The position numbers and the translations under genes are program-made. From assembly GCA_964441335.1 (NCBI GenBank), contig CAYTUI010000002.1:1-60660 (forward strand): DNA of 60,660 bases, read 5' to 3'. This document shows, one piece after another, positions 50,794-60,597 of the stretch; position 1 is the stretch's first letter, and each line of letters starts with the position of its first letter. The stretch comes from an uncultured Gammaproteobacteria bacterium. GTDB lineage: Bacteria; Patescibacteriota; Patescibacteriia; UBA1558; 2-01-FULL-52-15. The notes under the pieces are model-generated. The model worked only from the letters and a program-made list of their open reading frames with translations, was not told the DNA's origin and made no database searches.

Positions 50794-51210
50794 ATGAAAT
50801 CATCTTTACAATGGCGAGTCTTTCAGTTGGGCATTGTTTTTGGTGTCATAATTTATTTAGTTAACTTGATATCTGAAACGTTCTTTTCATCCCTCTACGC
50901 TGACATAGACAGTTCATTATTGGCCAATATTTCCCCGCTTTGGAAATTAGCAACCTATTTTGTGACTGGTTTGCTGTTTGCTTTGGGATACTCTATATTC
51001 TATTCTGGAGTCCCCGGACGCGGTATTCACAAGGGTCTGCAATACGGTTTCTGGATTTGGATGGTCGGAGCTATTCCGGTAATCTTTCTGATTTTAGCAA
51101 CCTTTGCTTTGCCGGTTGAAGTTATTGTCGGCTGGATCGTCTTAGGACTATCAATAAGCGTTATTTTGGGCTTTTTGGTTGGTTGGCTCTACAGACCTAA
51201 TAAAAGCTAA
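50794..51210 (+). CDS. hypothetical polytopic membrane protein
   Basis: Four hydrophobic helices; GGAAGGAGG SD. Confidence 0.6.
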   Translation: MKSSLQWRVFQLGIVFGVIIYLVNLISETFFSSLYADIDSSLLANISPLWKLATYFVTGLLFALGYSIFYSGVPGRGIHKGLQYGFWIWMVGAIPVIFLILATFALPVEVIVGWIVLGLSISVILGFLVGWLYRPNKS

Positions 51211-51272
51211 TTTTGTTTTTTAACTGGTTTTTTGGAGTTAATTTAGCTGAGCGGGCTGATTTTATATTTAGT

Positions 51273-51713
51273 ATGGAACTGAATCGTAAATTCTTTATTA
51301 TTATTGGGGTCGTTGCTTCCGCCTTGATCATTTTTTTGTATGTTTTCAGTGTGCCAAAATCAGCTGATGTGCCGATCACGATATCTGATCCGCCTAATAG
51401 CAATTATACTATTCTTGATGGTAACTCCTATCCCCAGACAGTCAGCTTAATATTGAACGACCTGATCAGTGGATTTAATGTCGGTGATACCGAGGCGCTG
51501 GTTAAATCCAAGAATAAATTGCAGGAATTGCGCGTTTCTGCCGATGTCAAAGAGGACCACTTGATTCTTTTTTCAGCCTTGGATATTTGGATAACCTTTC
51601 AAGACCAAGTTGATATGATTCAAATGGTCAGTGACAGGCTAGAGACTTTTGCCGAACACCAGGAATGGTCAAAGCCGCAAGTCCAAGCCCTACTTGGCCA
51701 GCTAGCAAAGTAA
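51273..51713 (+). CDS. hypothetical membrane-anchored protein
   Basis: The ATG at 51273 gives MELNRKFFIIIGVVASALIIFLYVF, an N-terminal TM. Confidence 0.5.
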   Translation: MELNRKFFIIIGVVASALIIFLYVFSVPKSADVPITISDPPNSNYTILDGNSYPQTVSLILNDLISGFNVGDTEALVKSKNKLQELRVSADVKEDHLILFSALDIWITFQDQVDMIQMVSDRLETFAEHQEWSKPQVQALLGQLAK

Positions 51714-51717
51714 ATGA

Positions 51718-52464
51718 ATGACTAGGAAATTTATACCCTATTTACTCCCCCTTATTATTTTGGGTGGTTTTATTTTGTCCAACCTTTATCCTAAGCTACT
51801 CATCTATGTAGCTACGGCAGTGATAATCCTATCCCTAATTTTTTTTAAATACATCAGTAGGCGTGATTTTAGAAAGTTTTGGCATAACTGGTTGAACTAT
51901 CTATTATTTTTGTTCAGCAGTTTTATGCAATTATACATTGTTGAGTCCGCACCTTTACGAATTCTATATATTGTATTGCTGACAGCCATTTGGTTTTGGA
52001 TAGTTTATGCTTTTGTCAGTTATTTTAAAGATGGCGGTTTCCGAACCAAGCAATACCTGGAAATTAATAGTTTTCTATATTTTCTAACCTTTTGGCAGAT
52101 TGCGAATATTATTTATTTTTCACTAATTTTTATCAATGTTCCATTTTGGATGGCTATTGCTGTATTCGCCATAGCTACCGAAGTGATTATTAGTGGTTTA
52201 ACTGGGGTTGATGGTTTAAAGAAAAGTTCTAAGACCATGGTAATGTTGGCTGGCGGGCTTACTTCGGTTGAGTTATCAGCGGTGATCACCCTTTTGCCTG
52301 TTCATTTTTATATTCAATCAGCCCTAGCCACCCTATGGTTTTTCTTTATCATGGAGCTGACTTTGCAGGGTCAGGACTTAGCTAGCAGAAAAAGGTTATT
52401 TTGGAAATATTTGCTATTTTTCTGTTTGACGGCTATTATCCTTCTACTAACTAGTTATACTTAA
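51718..52464 (+). CDS. hypothetical polytopic membrane protein
   Basis: Six to seven hydrophobic helices. Confidence 0.6.
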   Translation: MTRKFIPYLLPLIILGGFILSNLYPKLLIYVATAVIILSLIFFKYISRRDFRKFWHNWLNYLLFLFSSFMQLYIVESAPLRILYIVLLTAIWFWIVYAFVSYFKDGGFRTKQYLEINSFLYFLTFWQIANIIYFSLIFINVPFWMAIAVFAIATEVIISGLTGVDGLKKSSKTMVMLAGGLTSVELSAVITLLPVHFYIQSALATLWFFFIMELTLQGQDLASRKRLFWKYLLFFCLTAIILLLTSYT

Positions 52465-52466
52465 TT

Positions 52467-53549
52467 ATGGATAATTTTAAGCATTTTGAGCGTCCTACAA
52501 CTGCTAAACCTGGTACTTTGGTTAGCGCTACGATAGTTAGCGCCGTTGTTGGCTTAGCTACTGGTGTGGCCGGTTTTAGTATGATGGGGAGATTTTATCC
52601 AAGTAGCACCGTAGTTGTAAATGATGGTACCGCCAACCCAATCAAGCTTAATATTGAGGATCCTATCAGTCAGTTAGCAGGTAATTTTATTAAATATAAC
52701 GTGGCAATCTATTTGCATTCGGCCACTGGTAATGATCCCTATTCTAAACTTTACAGTGATGCCAGTTATATTGGTGCCGGTATAGTTGTTACTTCAGACG
52801 GCTGGGTAATGATGGATTTTAATCCTAAAATTAGTGAGGGCCAGACGCTGGATATTATAATTAATGGAACGATTTATACTGGTCAAGAGTTTCGCCAAGA
52901 CAAAAAATATAACCTGGCTTTTATAAAGGTTGACGCCAGAAATTTACAGCCAGTGTCTTTTGCTTCTAATAATGACTTAATTCCCGGGTCAACTCTAGTT
53001 TATAATATTGTAACTGTTGGTAATGATCCGATCTTTGCCAAGACAGCAATTCTAGTTAATGATTTCTTAGATACGGCTACTAAGGTTAGTCAGATTGAGT
53101 TTTCTGACGATCGTGAAAATATGGCTGTAATAACTTCCCTGTCCAGAAAAGGCAATCTGCCTTTATTTACCCTAACTGGTAAATTAGCCGGCTTAGCTGT
53201 TGGTGATGAGAGTTTACTAAGCGGAGAGGTGTTAGAAAAATCTGTTTCCAAGATGCTAAATGAGGCAGGTTATGCTTCATTGGGTGTTTATTATATTGAT
53301 CAGAGTAGATTGGTAGACGAGGGCACGGGAGTTTACATATATAATTCACAGCGAACGCCAGTTGTTTTCAATTCAGCTGGTTACAAGGCAGGCATAAAGT
53401 CTGGCGATACTATAATTTCTATTGGTGGACGTTTAATTGATAAGGCTAATTCCTTAAAAACCCTGTTGCTTAATTATAAACCTGGCGATGAGGTTATATT
53501 GAAGGTTTTGCGTGCTGAACAGGAACTAGATTTAACCGTTAAATTCTAG
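52467..53549 (+). CDS. HtrA-like trypsin-fold plus PDZ protein with a degenerate catalytic triad
   Basis: N-terminal TM, S1C-like core and a C-terminal PDZ (GIKSGDTIISIGG). Expected TNxHV, D(I/L)A and GNSGGP positions read MMDF, NLA and GNLPLF. Confidence 0.6.
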   Translation: MDNFKHFERPTTAKPGTLVSATIVSAVVGLATGVAGFSMMGRFYPSSTVVVNDGTANPIKLNIEDPISQLAGNFIKYNVAIYLHSATGNDPYSKLYSDASYIGAGIVVTSDGWVMMDFNPKISEGQTLDIIINGTIYTGQEFRQDKKYNLAFIKVDARNLQPVSFASNNDLIPGSTLVYNIVTVGNDPIFAKTAILVNDFLDTATKVSQIEFSDDRENMAVITSLSRKGNLPLFTLTGKLAGLAVGDESLLSGEVLEKSVSKMLNEAGYASLGVYYIDQSRLVDEGTGVYIYNSQRTPVVFNSAGYKAGIKSGDTIISIGGRLIDKANSLKTLLLNYKPGDEVILKVLRAEQELDLTVKF

Positions 53550-53886
53550 GCGCTTCCTCATCACTCTTAGTTTCTTCATAGACAATTTCCGTATCAGTCA
53601 TTTGAGGCTCATCATTAGCCTCATTTTTTGGTAAGCGGGGACTAAACTTAGGGTTCTGGATTCGCCAGTTATCCACATAGCGTCCTATTCCTTCATTAGC
53701 CAAAAGATTTCTTCTTCGGGTACTAAGTTGACTCCAAATAACTAAGCTTTTAAAGTTGATTTTATAACGCCCATTAACAATGATATAGATAAGCTGACCT
53801 TCTTTGATAGCCTGTCGTATTGTTTTAACAGAAACACCAAATAATCTGGCGGCTTCAGAAATTGATACTCTTATATCCTGTGTCAT
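53539..53886 (-). CDS. excisionase-family / MerR-like HTH DNA-binding protein
   Basis: ISEAARLFGVSVKTIRQAIKEGQL...NGRYKI pattern; the ATG at 53886 is preferred over 53928. Confidence 0.65.
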   Translation of the reverse strand: MTQDIRVSISEAARLFGVSVKTIRQAIKEGQLIYIIVNGRYKINFKSLVIWSQLSTRRRNLLANEGIGRYVDNWRIQNPKFSPRLPKNEANDEPQMTDTEIVYEETKSDEEAPRI

Positions 53887-53928
53887 GAATAAATTATACA
53901 CCAGTAGTAGTTTTATGGAAATCTTCAT

Positions 53929-53958
53929 ATTTAAGTATAGACTATTCTATACTTAAAT
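53929..53958. promoter_or_regulatory. perfect 12-bp inverted repeat, candidate operator
   Basis: ATTTAAGTATAG-actatt-CTATACTTAAAT, located 43-72 nt upstream of the HTH gene start. Confidence 0.45.
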
Positions 53959-54265
53959 AAATATAACAAAACTAAAAAAATATTATCCCCCGATAACGCA
54001 GGAAATTTCTATGAACTCGCTTTTTTTGTTTCATCGCTGACATTTGGGCTCATGCTGTTTACAAATCATCAATTTCTTCTTATAATTAGTGGCGGTTTAC
54101 TGTGTGGTTTTACTATCATGGAAGTAAACTAGGATAATAGATCAATTGGTTTAATCAATTATGTTATATATTTAGCTAAGATTAGCTAAATTTTTAATAC
54201 GACCGAAAAGCTAGGTTTTAGATGAATAATTGTGTAATATAATGGCACTATAAGCGACATATGTT

Positions 54266-54844
54266 ATGAAAGGCATAAAGCGCACACTGAAGGAACATAT
54301 AGCACTGTTACGGTTGCAGGCTGGTGATACAGAAGCCTTTGGTTTTTTTTACGATCAGTATGCCGAGAAGATTTACAGATTCGTGTACTTTAAGACATCT
54401 GAAAAGGAACTGGCGCAAGATATAACTCACGAGGTTTTTCTGAAGGCTTGGGAGTATATCGTTGATAATAAGACCATAGAAAATTTGCAGGCGTATCTAT
54501 ATAAGATGGCCCGCAACAAGATAGCTGACTATTATCGCTCCAGGGATAGACAAACGACGTTTTTGAAAGACGAGGTAGACACTATCGGAGCACCGATTGA
54601 AGAGTCAGAAACAAATGCCGATATCTATATATTAGAGAAGCATCTCAAATCTTTGAAAGATGAAGATCAGGAAATAATCATTTTAAGACATATTGAAGGT
54701 TTGAACATTGAGGAAATGAGTAATATCCTAGGCAAGGATAAAAATAACGTCAGAGTTACCTTGCATAGGGCTATTGCTAAGCTAAAAGAAGCTTATTACC
54801 ACAAAAAGTCCGATGACAGTGCTCCACAAATTAAGCAAAATTAA
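54266..54844 (+). CDS. ECF-type sigma-70 family sigma factor
   Basis: Region 2 (YAEKIYRFVYFKT...AQDITHEVFLKAW) and region 4 (IIILRHIEGLNIEEMSNILGKDKNNVRVTLHRAIAKLK). Confidence 0.88.
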   Translation: MKGIKRTLKEHIALLRLQAGDTEAFGFFYDQYAEKIYRFVYFKTSEKELAQDITHEVFLKAWEYIVDNKTIENLQAYLYKMARNKIADYYRSRDRQTTFLKDEVDTIGAPIEESETNADIYILEKHLKSLKDEDQEIIILRHIEGLNIEEMSNILGKDKNNVRVTLHRAIAKLKEAYYHKKSDDSAPQIKQN

Positions 54845-56117
54845 AGAATTACCAAAATACTCAGTTGACGCTGAGTGGTTTTCAGTTAGTAAGGCGCATT
54901 TAATGGCCGAACTTCGGGTTAAGAAACAGGAGAGAGCCTTTTACCAATTAACAATGGTTGAAAAGTTTAGAATGTTTATGCTGAAAGCGACTCGGAAATT
55001 AGTTCCTTCTCCTGTTAAAGTTGGCTCTTTAGCGGTCCTTCTGTTATTTGCTTCTTCTACTGCTGTGATTGCTCAAGCGGCCGTGCCGGGTGAATTTCTC
55101 TGGCCGGTAAAATTATCTATGGAAAAAGCCGAGTTAATCTTAACTACTGATCCTGTGTCGGAAGCGGAAATTTCTATCAGACACGCCAATAAGAGATTAA
55201 AGGAGCTAGAAGTATTAGCCTCCAAGGATTTGGATACAGTGGCTAAACAACAAGCTATCTCTCAAGTTATCAGACAGTTGGAGAGAAATATGGTAGCGGC
55301 CGACAGTAGTTTGAAACTGGCACAGACAGGCAGTTCCGATAAGAATAGAACGGCCGGTTTGGCTCGTAATTTGTCACGAAGCGCTAATTCTACAGCCAAA
55401 GTCTTAAAACAACAGGCTAAAGATATTGCCGGGGTAGTAATTGTTGATGGTAAGGTTATTTTCAGCGCCCCGGAAGAAAATAATAATCTGTACCAGACAG
55501 TTAAAGTTAATAAGAATAGCGGTATTGATTTGGAGCAGGAGATTAAAAATTACACCGAACAAAAGGATTCTGTAGTGGTGGCGTTAACAGAAGTTATTGA
55601 GACTAATAAGGATATGGCTGATAAGGCGCTGAATACCATTCTAGAAACCAGTGATGAAGAGCAGTTGCTGACTGAAGCTGATCTGCAGGAGTTGATTAAA
55701 CAGCAGATAACCGACCAGGAAGCAGATTTAGTTGATGTGCAAGCCGCCGCTAACAGCATAAATAGTAACGATTTCATCAAAAAGATATTAAACGGTGAGG
55801 AAAATCGAGTGACTATTGCTGATATAAACGGTATTAAGTCTAATCCTAAGAATTCTGCAATTATCTTGGAACAGGCAAAAGTCTTGTTAGCTGAAAATAA
55901 GGTTGTGGAAGCTCAAATCAGAGTAGAGGAAAGTAAGGTTATTTTAGACAAAACTGTTGAGGTTCTTTCAAAGATTGGGTCGGTTGTGGTGGAGAATAAA
56001 GTACCAGTGGAAACAGAGGTAAAAACACCGCCAGTCGCTAAACCTGGAGAAATTACCATTCAAACAGTTAATATTCAGACGCCATCAAGTTCCAGTAGCT
56101 CGCAGGTATTAAAATAA
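54813..56117 (+). CDS. membrane-anchored coiled-coil protein, candidate anti-sigma factor (DUF5667-like)
   Basis: Overlaps the sigma gene; one TM near residue 80; long helical extracytoplasmic part; start uncertain (alternative ATG at 54903). Confidence 0.55.
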   Translation: MTVLHKLSKIKELPKYSVDAEWFSVSKAHLMAELRVKKQERAFYQLTMVEKFRMFMLKATRKLVPSPVKVGSLAVLLLFASSTAVIAQAAVPGEFLWPVKLSMEKAELILTTDPVSEAEISIRHANKRLKELEVLASKDLDTVAKQQAISQVIRQLERNMVAADSSLKLAQTGSSDKNRTAGLARNLSRSANSTAKVLKQQAKDIAGVVIVDGKVIFSAPEENNNLYQTVKVNKNSGIDLEQEIKNYTEQKDSVVVALTEVIETNKDMADKALNTILETSDEEQLLTEADLQELIKQQITDQEADLVDVQAAANSINSNDFIKKILNGEENRVTIADINGIKSNPKNSAIILEQAKVLLAENKVVEAQIRVEESKVILDKTVEVLSKIGSVVVENKVPVETEVKTPPVAKPGEITIQTVNIQTPSSSSSSQVLK

Positions 56118-56269
56118 TTTGTTTTTTTGACAGTTGAAATAGTTGCTATTGTTGTTAACCCTTCTTATTTTGTCGTTAAATTTGTTTTGAACTAATTCCT
56201 CAACAAATTCGGGATTGAGTTTGAAACAAGTATACGAAAATTAACAAACAAGCAAAGCAAACGCAGACG

Positions 56270-56745
56270 AATACGCGCGACCTCCTTCTAAATCGGGAGA
56301 CAGATTGGTTAAGGTTTTAGCTTCTTGCCCCATGCAGGAGTAACCTGCTTTAAAAGCAGCCTGGTCATTCGACCGGGCGCTGGCCGGAAGCTATGCCCCT
56401 TAACTGATGCCCAGTTAAGTTTATTTAGCCTAGCTAAATGAGCTTGACGGGGGGTTAGGCATCTACCATGGATAGAGATGTTTAACTTCGTAAATCCGTT
56501 GATCGGATTGTGCGCGCGCATTAAGGGCGTTTGCTATACCGTTTCTGCTGATTTTATTAGTAGGACGGTCCATTGTTATATAGCCCTCTGGGTTTATATA
56601 ACAATCTAATAAATCGTTTCTTTATACTAGATTGTCGTTAAATTAGTTATCTACTCCATTGGGTCTTTTGATCGCCAAGGTCGTCATCCTGCCTACTGGG
56701 CGGGGTGGATCGGAAGATACTAGTGATTCAGGGCAGATAATTAAT
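56270..56745. other. GC-elevated, hairpin-dense non-coding region (candidate long 5' UTR or unclassified ncRNA)
   Basis: Stems include CTGCTT/AAGCAG (56345-56359), CTTAACTG/CAGTTAAG (56399-56420), AATCCG/CGGATT, GCGCGCGC blocks at both ends of 56272-56520, and TTGTTATATA/TATATAACAA (56572-56604). Confidence 0.35.
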
Positions 56746-56783
56746 GACGTTTAGTTAAGGAAACGTTAAGGAGAAAATCCTAA

Positions 56784-59700
56784 ATGCATAATCTAACTAA
56801 GAAAATTTTCGTCAGTTTGGTGACAGTCACATTGGCGGTTTGGACAATTGCCCCGGCAGGAGTTCAGGTTGCTAAGGCTTTATCAGCCGGTGACTTAGTC
56901 AAAGGACCAAATTCCGATGCAGTTTACTACATTGGTGCTGACGCGAAGAAATATGTCTTCCCAGATGCGAAAACATATTTCACTTGGTACAAGAATTTCG
57001 ATGCAGTTAAGACTGTCACCGTTACCGAGCTTGATGCTTATAACGACGGCGGTGCTGTAACTTATCGACCAGGTACCAAGATGGTTACTACAGTTGATAC
57101 CAACAAAGTATACGCTGTAGAGCCGGGCGGAGTTCTTCGCTGGGTTCCAGATGAAGCTACCGCTTTAGCTCTCTACGGTTCCAATTGGAACAAGAGAATC
57201 AATGACGTTATCCCAGGTTACTTTTCTAGCACTTACACCTTAGGTGCTACTTTGGGTTCAACCTTTCCATCAGGATCTTTGATCCAGAAGACAGGTGAAG
57301 CCACTATCTACTATGTAGATGGTACTGAAATCAGACCGTTTGCCACAGGCGATGCCTTTGAAGCTAATGGTTTTGACTTCGGTTGGGTCGTCACAGTGAG
57401 CAGCTTAACCGGTTACACAACCGGTAGCTCAATCACAGGCGAAGAATCTGAATTGTCTTCAATTCAGGCTTCTGCCAACATTCCAGTAGCCGCTGGTACT
57501 TTATCAGTATCTTTGGCTTCTGATACACCGACTTCAGGTATGGCTGTTGGAAGTGCCGCTCGTTTACCATTCACCAAGATTAAATTAACAACCGGTGATA
57601 ATCCGGTGACGATTGATCAGATGGTGGTAAAGAGAGGCGGCTTAGCCCAAGATGCAGCTTTTGCTTCTGTTGATATTTTGGATGGCGATACCATGATTCC
57701 TTTTGATGCCAATTCCAAGACTTTCAGTTCAGATCATACTGCTAGCTTCAATAAGGATCTGACAATTGCGGCCAACACCACCAAATACATTTACTTGGCA
57801 GGTAATATGGCTGCAAACACAGCAAGTAATACTGTCAGCGGCCTATATAACTATGCTGGTGAAGCCCCGGCTTTGGGATTAAGCGCAATTACTTTAACTG
57901 TCGGTTCAACACTGAATGGTACTTTACCAATATTCGGTAATTACCAAACCAATAATGGAACTATCTTAATTGGTACAGCTACAGTCTCCAATGGTTCATA
58001 TAGAAATTCTACATCAACATTGGAAGTCGGTAAGAAGGATTACACCTTCTTCTCATTCTCTGTTGCGTCTGCAACTGAAGATGGCAGTTTTAGCCAAGTC
58101 TCTGTTTATCAAGAAGGTACAGCTGAATTAGGTACAGATTTGATGAATTTCAGACTATTGCGTGACGCTTCACAAGTTGCTATCGGAACAGTTGATGGTA
58201 AATACATTAACTTCAGCTTTGCTCCAATCACCATTCCTAAGGGTCAAACTTATCAGTTCATAGTGAGAGCTGATGTTGAGGGTGGCTCGGCTAGAACTGT
58301 TGATTTGGGTATCTATAGATCCACTGACCTGTTAGTTAAAGGTGGTACCTTTGGGTTTAACATTACCCCGACTTATTCAGGTATAGGTTCCAGCGCCAAC
58401 AAGCCAGTAATGAGCGACAATACATTTTCTTTAGGCAATGGTACCTTGACTGTTGAACGAAGTTCTACAGTTGGTTCTGAAAACATTGCTGTTGGCAATG
58501 ATCAGGTCTTAGGTGCTTTCAAGTTCACTGTTAAAGGTGAACCAATGGATATCACCGCTTTGACCTTGACTATTACCTCTTCAACAACCGGAACAATTAC
58601 CGAGGATGCCTTAGCCGGTGTTAAATTGGTCAATGCTAGTGGCGCTTCTGTTGCTGGTCCGACCGATGTTACTAACAATGCCTTGACAGTCATCTTTACT
58701 GACACCTTTACTTTGCCAGTCGGTGAAACTGTCTTGAAAGTTGTCGGTAATATGGCAACTGCCGGTGGTTGGACTTCAAATGACACAATTTATGCCAGTT
58801 TGAATACCCCAGCCAGCAAGATAACTGCCGAAGGTCAGACAACCGGTAATGCTATTACCGCTTCTCCGGCCAGTTTGATAAGTACCAATACCCAGACTGT
58901 GAAAGCCGCTAAATTGACAGTTACTAGAAACAGCTTACCAGCCAGTGGTACTATCGTTAACGGCCAGCAGGATGTTGTCTTATCATCTTGGAATTTTAAC
59001 TCTAATGATTCCGGTGAAGACGTTCGCATTACTAGCATCTTGTGGGCCGCTTCCTCAACCGATGTCACTAACTTGACAGTTAAAGTTGACGGCACCGCGG
59101 TTACTCCAATTAACGATGCTCCGACAGCCGGTGACGGTCAGACATCCACCTTTGCCTTTGATACTCCGATTGTTATTACCAAGGGCACTTCAAAGACCAT
59201 TACTTTGATTGGTGATGTTGGCACGACTATTGCTGCCAACGATGCCGTTCAGTTCGGTTTGACTGACGGCACTGCTTCTATTGTGGCTGCTGGTGTTTCC
59301 ACCGGTAATGCCGCTACAGAAACCTTAACAGCTGATAACGGTCCATTATTGACCATTTCTGCCGCTGGCGCGGTTACCGTTAATACCGGTACCAACCCAA
59401 GCTCGGCCTTGGTCAGAGCCGGCGCCACCGGTGTAACCTTTGGTTATGTCAAATTTGACGCTGTCTATGAGGACTTAGACTTGGATAACCTGACAGTTCA
59501 TCTGGCTGACGGTGGAGTCACCGGTACAGCCGCTGGTACTTACCAGGATTTGACTACCGTTTATATTATGAACGGCGCGGCCACTTTGGGCTCTGTCAGT
59601 ATTCCATCAACCAGTTATCATCAGTTTACCTTCTCCAACGGTACCTTAACTGTACCTAAAGATGGTTCAGTCACCTTAACCTTGAAAGCCGATGTCGGTG

Positions 59701-60506
59701 GTATCAGCTCTACAGCTGATGATTCTCCAGCCACTCCGGCTGCCGATGTTAAGTTAGGTTTAGGCGGTACTGACGGCTTTAAGTTTACTGGTTCTGGTTC
59801 AAACACTGCCGCTTCTGAAACTTACAATGGTTCCACCACTTCAGGTATGGTCATTCATAAGGCTATTCCAACAGTCACTATGGCTGCCGGTCAGTCTGCT
59901 TTGACCAACGGTGGTGTTGATTTATTGAAGTTCACTGTGGCTGCTGAAGCAGGCGGCAATAGCGTATTGCTTTACCGCTCAACTTTTGAGATCACCTCTG
60001 GTGGTGGTACTGATACCACAATTACTGGCTGTATCTTGAAAGATTCCAGCAATAATACTGTTGGTGCTTCTACTAACCCAACAGTCTTAACAACTGGTGC
60101 CGGAAGCTTAGTCACCTTCGTCTATGACAATCCTGATATTTCCGTTGGAGATACTAAGGAAGCTATAGAAGTTGGTGCTGGTTCCAGCAAGGCTTTAACC
60201 TTACGCTGTACCATTGCTAACGCAGGTACTGGTGACTATGTCGCTGTATCACTATTAGGTGATGCCGCTTCGTCAACACTTGCCGCTAGCCATGGTACTC
60301 CGGCTGCTACAGGTCAGAACCTAGCTGATGCTTGGTCCGCTTATAACAATGGTAACTTCATCTGGTCCGATAACTTCAAGAGTAGAGGTTTGACAACCGA
60401 CGGTGCTAATGCTACTGCCTACGGTCAGTGGTACAACGGTTACCTCGTAAGTGGTTTAGGCTCTGCAGTAACGACTACAGCTGTCTCTGTTGCTTGGTCA
60501 AGTTAA
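56784..60506 (+). CDS. large Thr/Ala/Gly/Val-rich cell-surface (S-layer-like) protein
   Basis: Signal peptide; AAGGAG SD; almost Cys-free (two Cys near the C-terminus), beta-rich composition; N-terminal and central modules are paralogous to the 20235-21287 and 21418-22629 products. Confidence 0.85.
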   Translation: MHNLTKKIFVSLVTVTLAVWTIAPAGVQVAKALSAGDLVKGPNSDAVYYIGADAKKYVFPDAKTYFTWYKNFDAVKTVTVTELDAYNDGGAVTYRPGTKMVTTVDTNKVYAVEPGGVLRWVPDEATALALYGSNWNKRINDVIPGYFSSTYTLGATLGSTFPSGSLIQKTGEATIYYVDGTEIRPFATGDAFEANGFDFGWVVTVSSLTGYTTGSSITGEESELSSIQASANIPVAAGTLSVSLASDTPTSGMAVGSAARLPFTKIKLTTGDNPVTIDQMVVKRGGLAQDAAFASVDILDGDTMIPFDANSKTFSSDHTASFNKDLTIAANTTKYIYLAGNMAANTASNTVSGLYNYAGEAPALGLSAITLTVGSTLNGTLPIFGNYQTNNGTILIGTATVSNGSYRNSTSTLEVGKKDYTFFSFSVASATEDGSFSQVSVYQEGTAELGTDLMNFRLLRDASQVAIGTVDGKYINFSFAPITIPKGQTYQFIVRADVEGGSARTVDLGIYRSTDLLVKGGTFGFNITPTYSGIGSSANKPVMSDNTFSLGNGTLTVERSSTVGSENIAVGNDQVLGAFKFTVKGEPMDITALTLTITSSTTGTITEDALAGVKLVNASGASVAGPTDVTNNALTVIFTDTFTLPVGETVLKVVGNMATAGGWTSNDTIYASLNTPASKITAEGQTTGNAITASPASLISTNTQTVKAAKLTVTRNSLPASGTIVNGQQDVVLSSWNFNSNDSGEDVRITSILWAASSTDVTNLTVKVDGTAVTPINDAPTAGDGQTSTFAFDTPIVITKGTSKTITLIGDVGTTIAANDAVQFGLTDGTASIVAAGVSTGNAATETLTADNGPLLTISAAGAVTVNTGTNPSSALVRAGATGVTFGYVKFDAVYEDLDLDNLTVHLADGGVTGTAAGTYQDLTTVYIMNGAATLGSVSIPSTSYHQFTFSNGTLTVPKDGSVTLTLKADVGGISSTADDSPATPAADVKLGLGGTDGFKFTGSGSNTAASETYNGSTTSGMVIHKAIPTVTMAAGQSALTNGGVDLLKFTVAAEAGGNSVLLYRSTFEITSGGGTDTTITGCILKDSSNNTVGASTNPTVLTTGAGSLVTFVYDNPDISVGDTKEAIEVGAGSSKALTLRCTIANAGTGDYVAVSLLGDAASSTLAASHGTPAATGQNLADAWSAYNNGNFIWSDNFKSRGLTTDGANATAYGQWYNGYLVSGLGSAVTTTAVSVAWSS

Positions 60507-60567
60507 TTAGAATTACTAATCTAACTTACTAGTAATACATTGAAAACTCTCTAGAGTAAGTAAATGG

Positions 60568-60597
60568 ATCCCGCCCGGTCAAATGACCGGGCGGGAT
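60568..60597 (+). terminator. strong GC hairpin terminator
   Basis: ATCCCGCCCGGTC-aaat-GACCGGGCGGGAT, a perfect 13-bp stem. Confidence 0.7.

Noticed and set aside
56309-56521. 70-aa minus-strand ORF in the region upstream of the surface-protein gene
   Set aside because: It is Arg-rich, has no SD, and sits in hairpin-dense sequence, so it is more likely non-coding. I also rejected RNase P, tmRNA and SRP RNA assignments for 56270-56745, because their hallmark motifs were not found on either strand.
21418-60506. Paralogous surface-protein segments considered as a diversity-generating retroelement TR/VR pair
   Set aside because: The similarity is only at the protein level, not near-identical DNA with adenine-specific differences. 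No reverse transcriptase or Avd-like gene is in the window.
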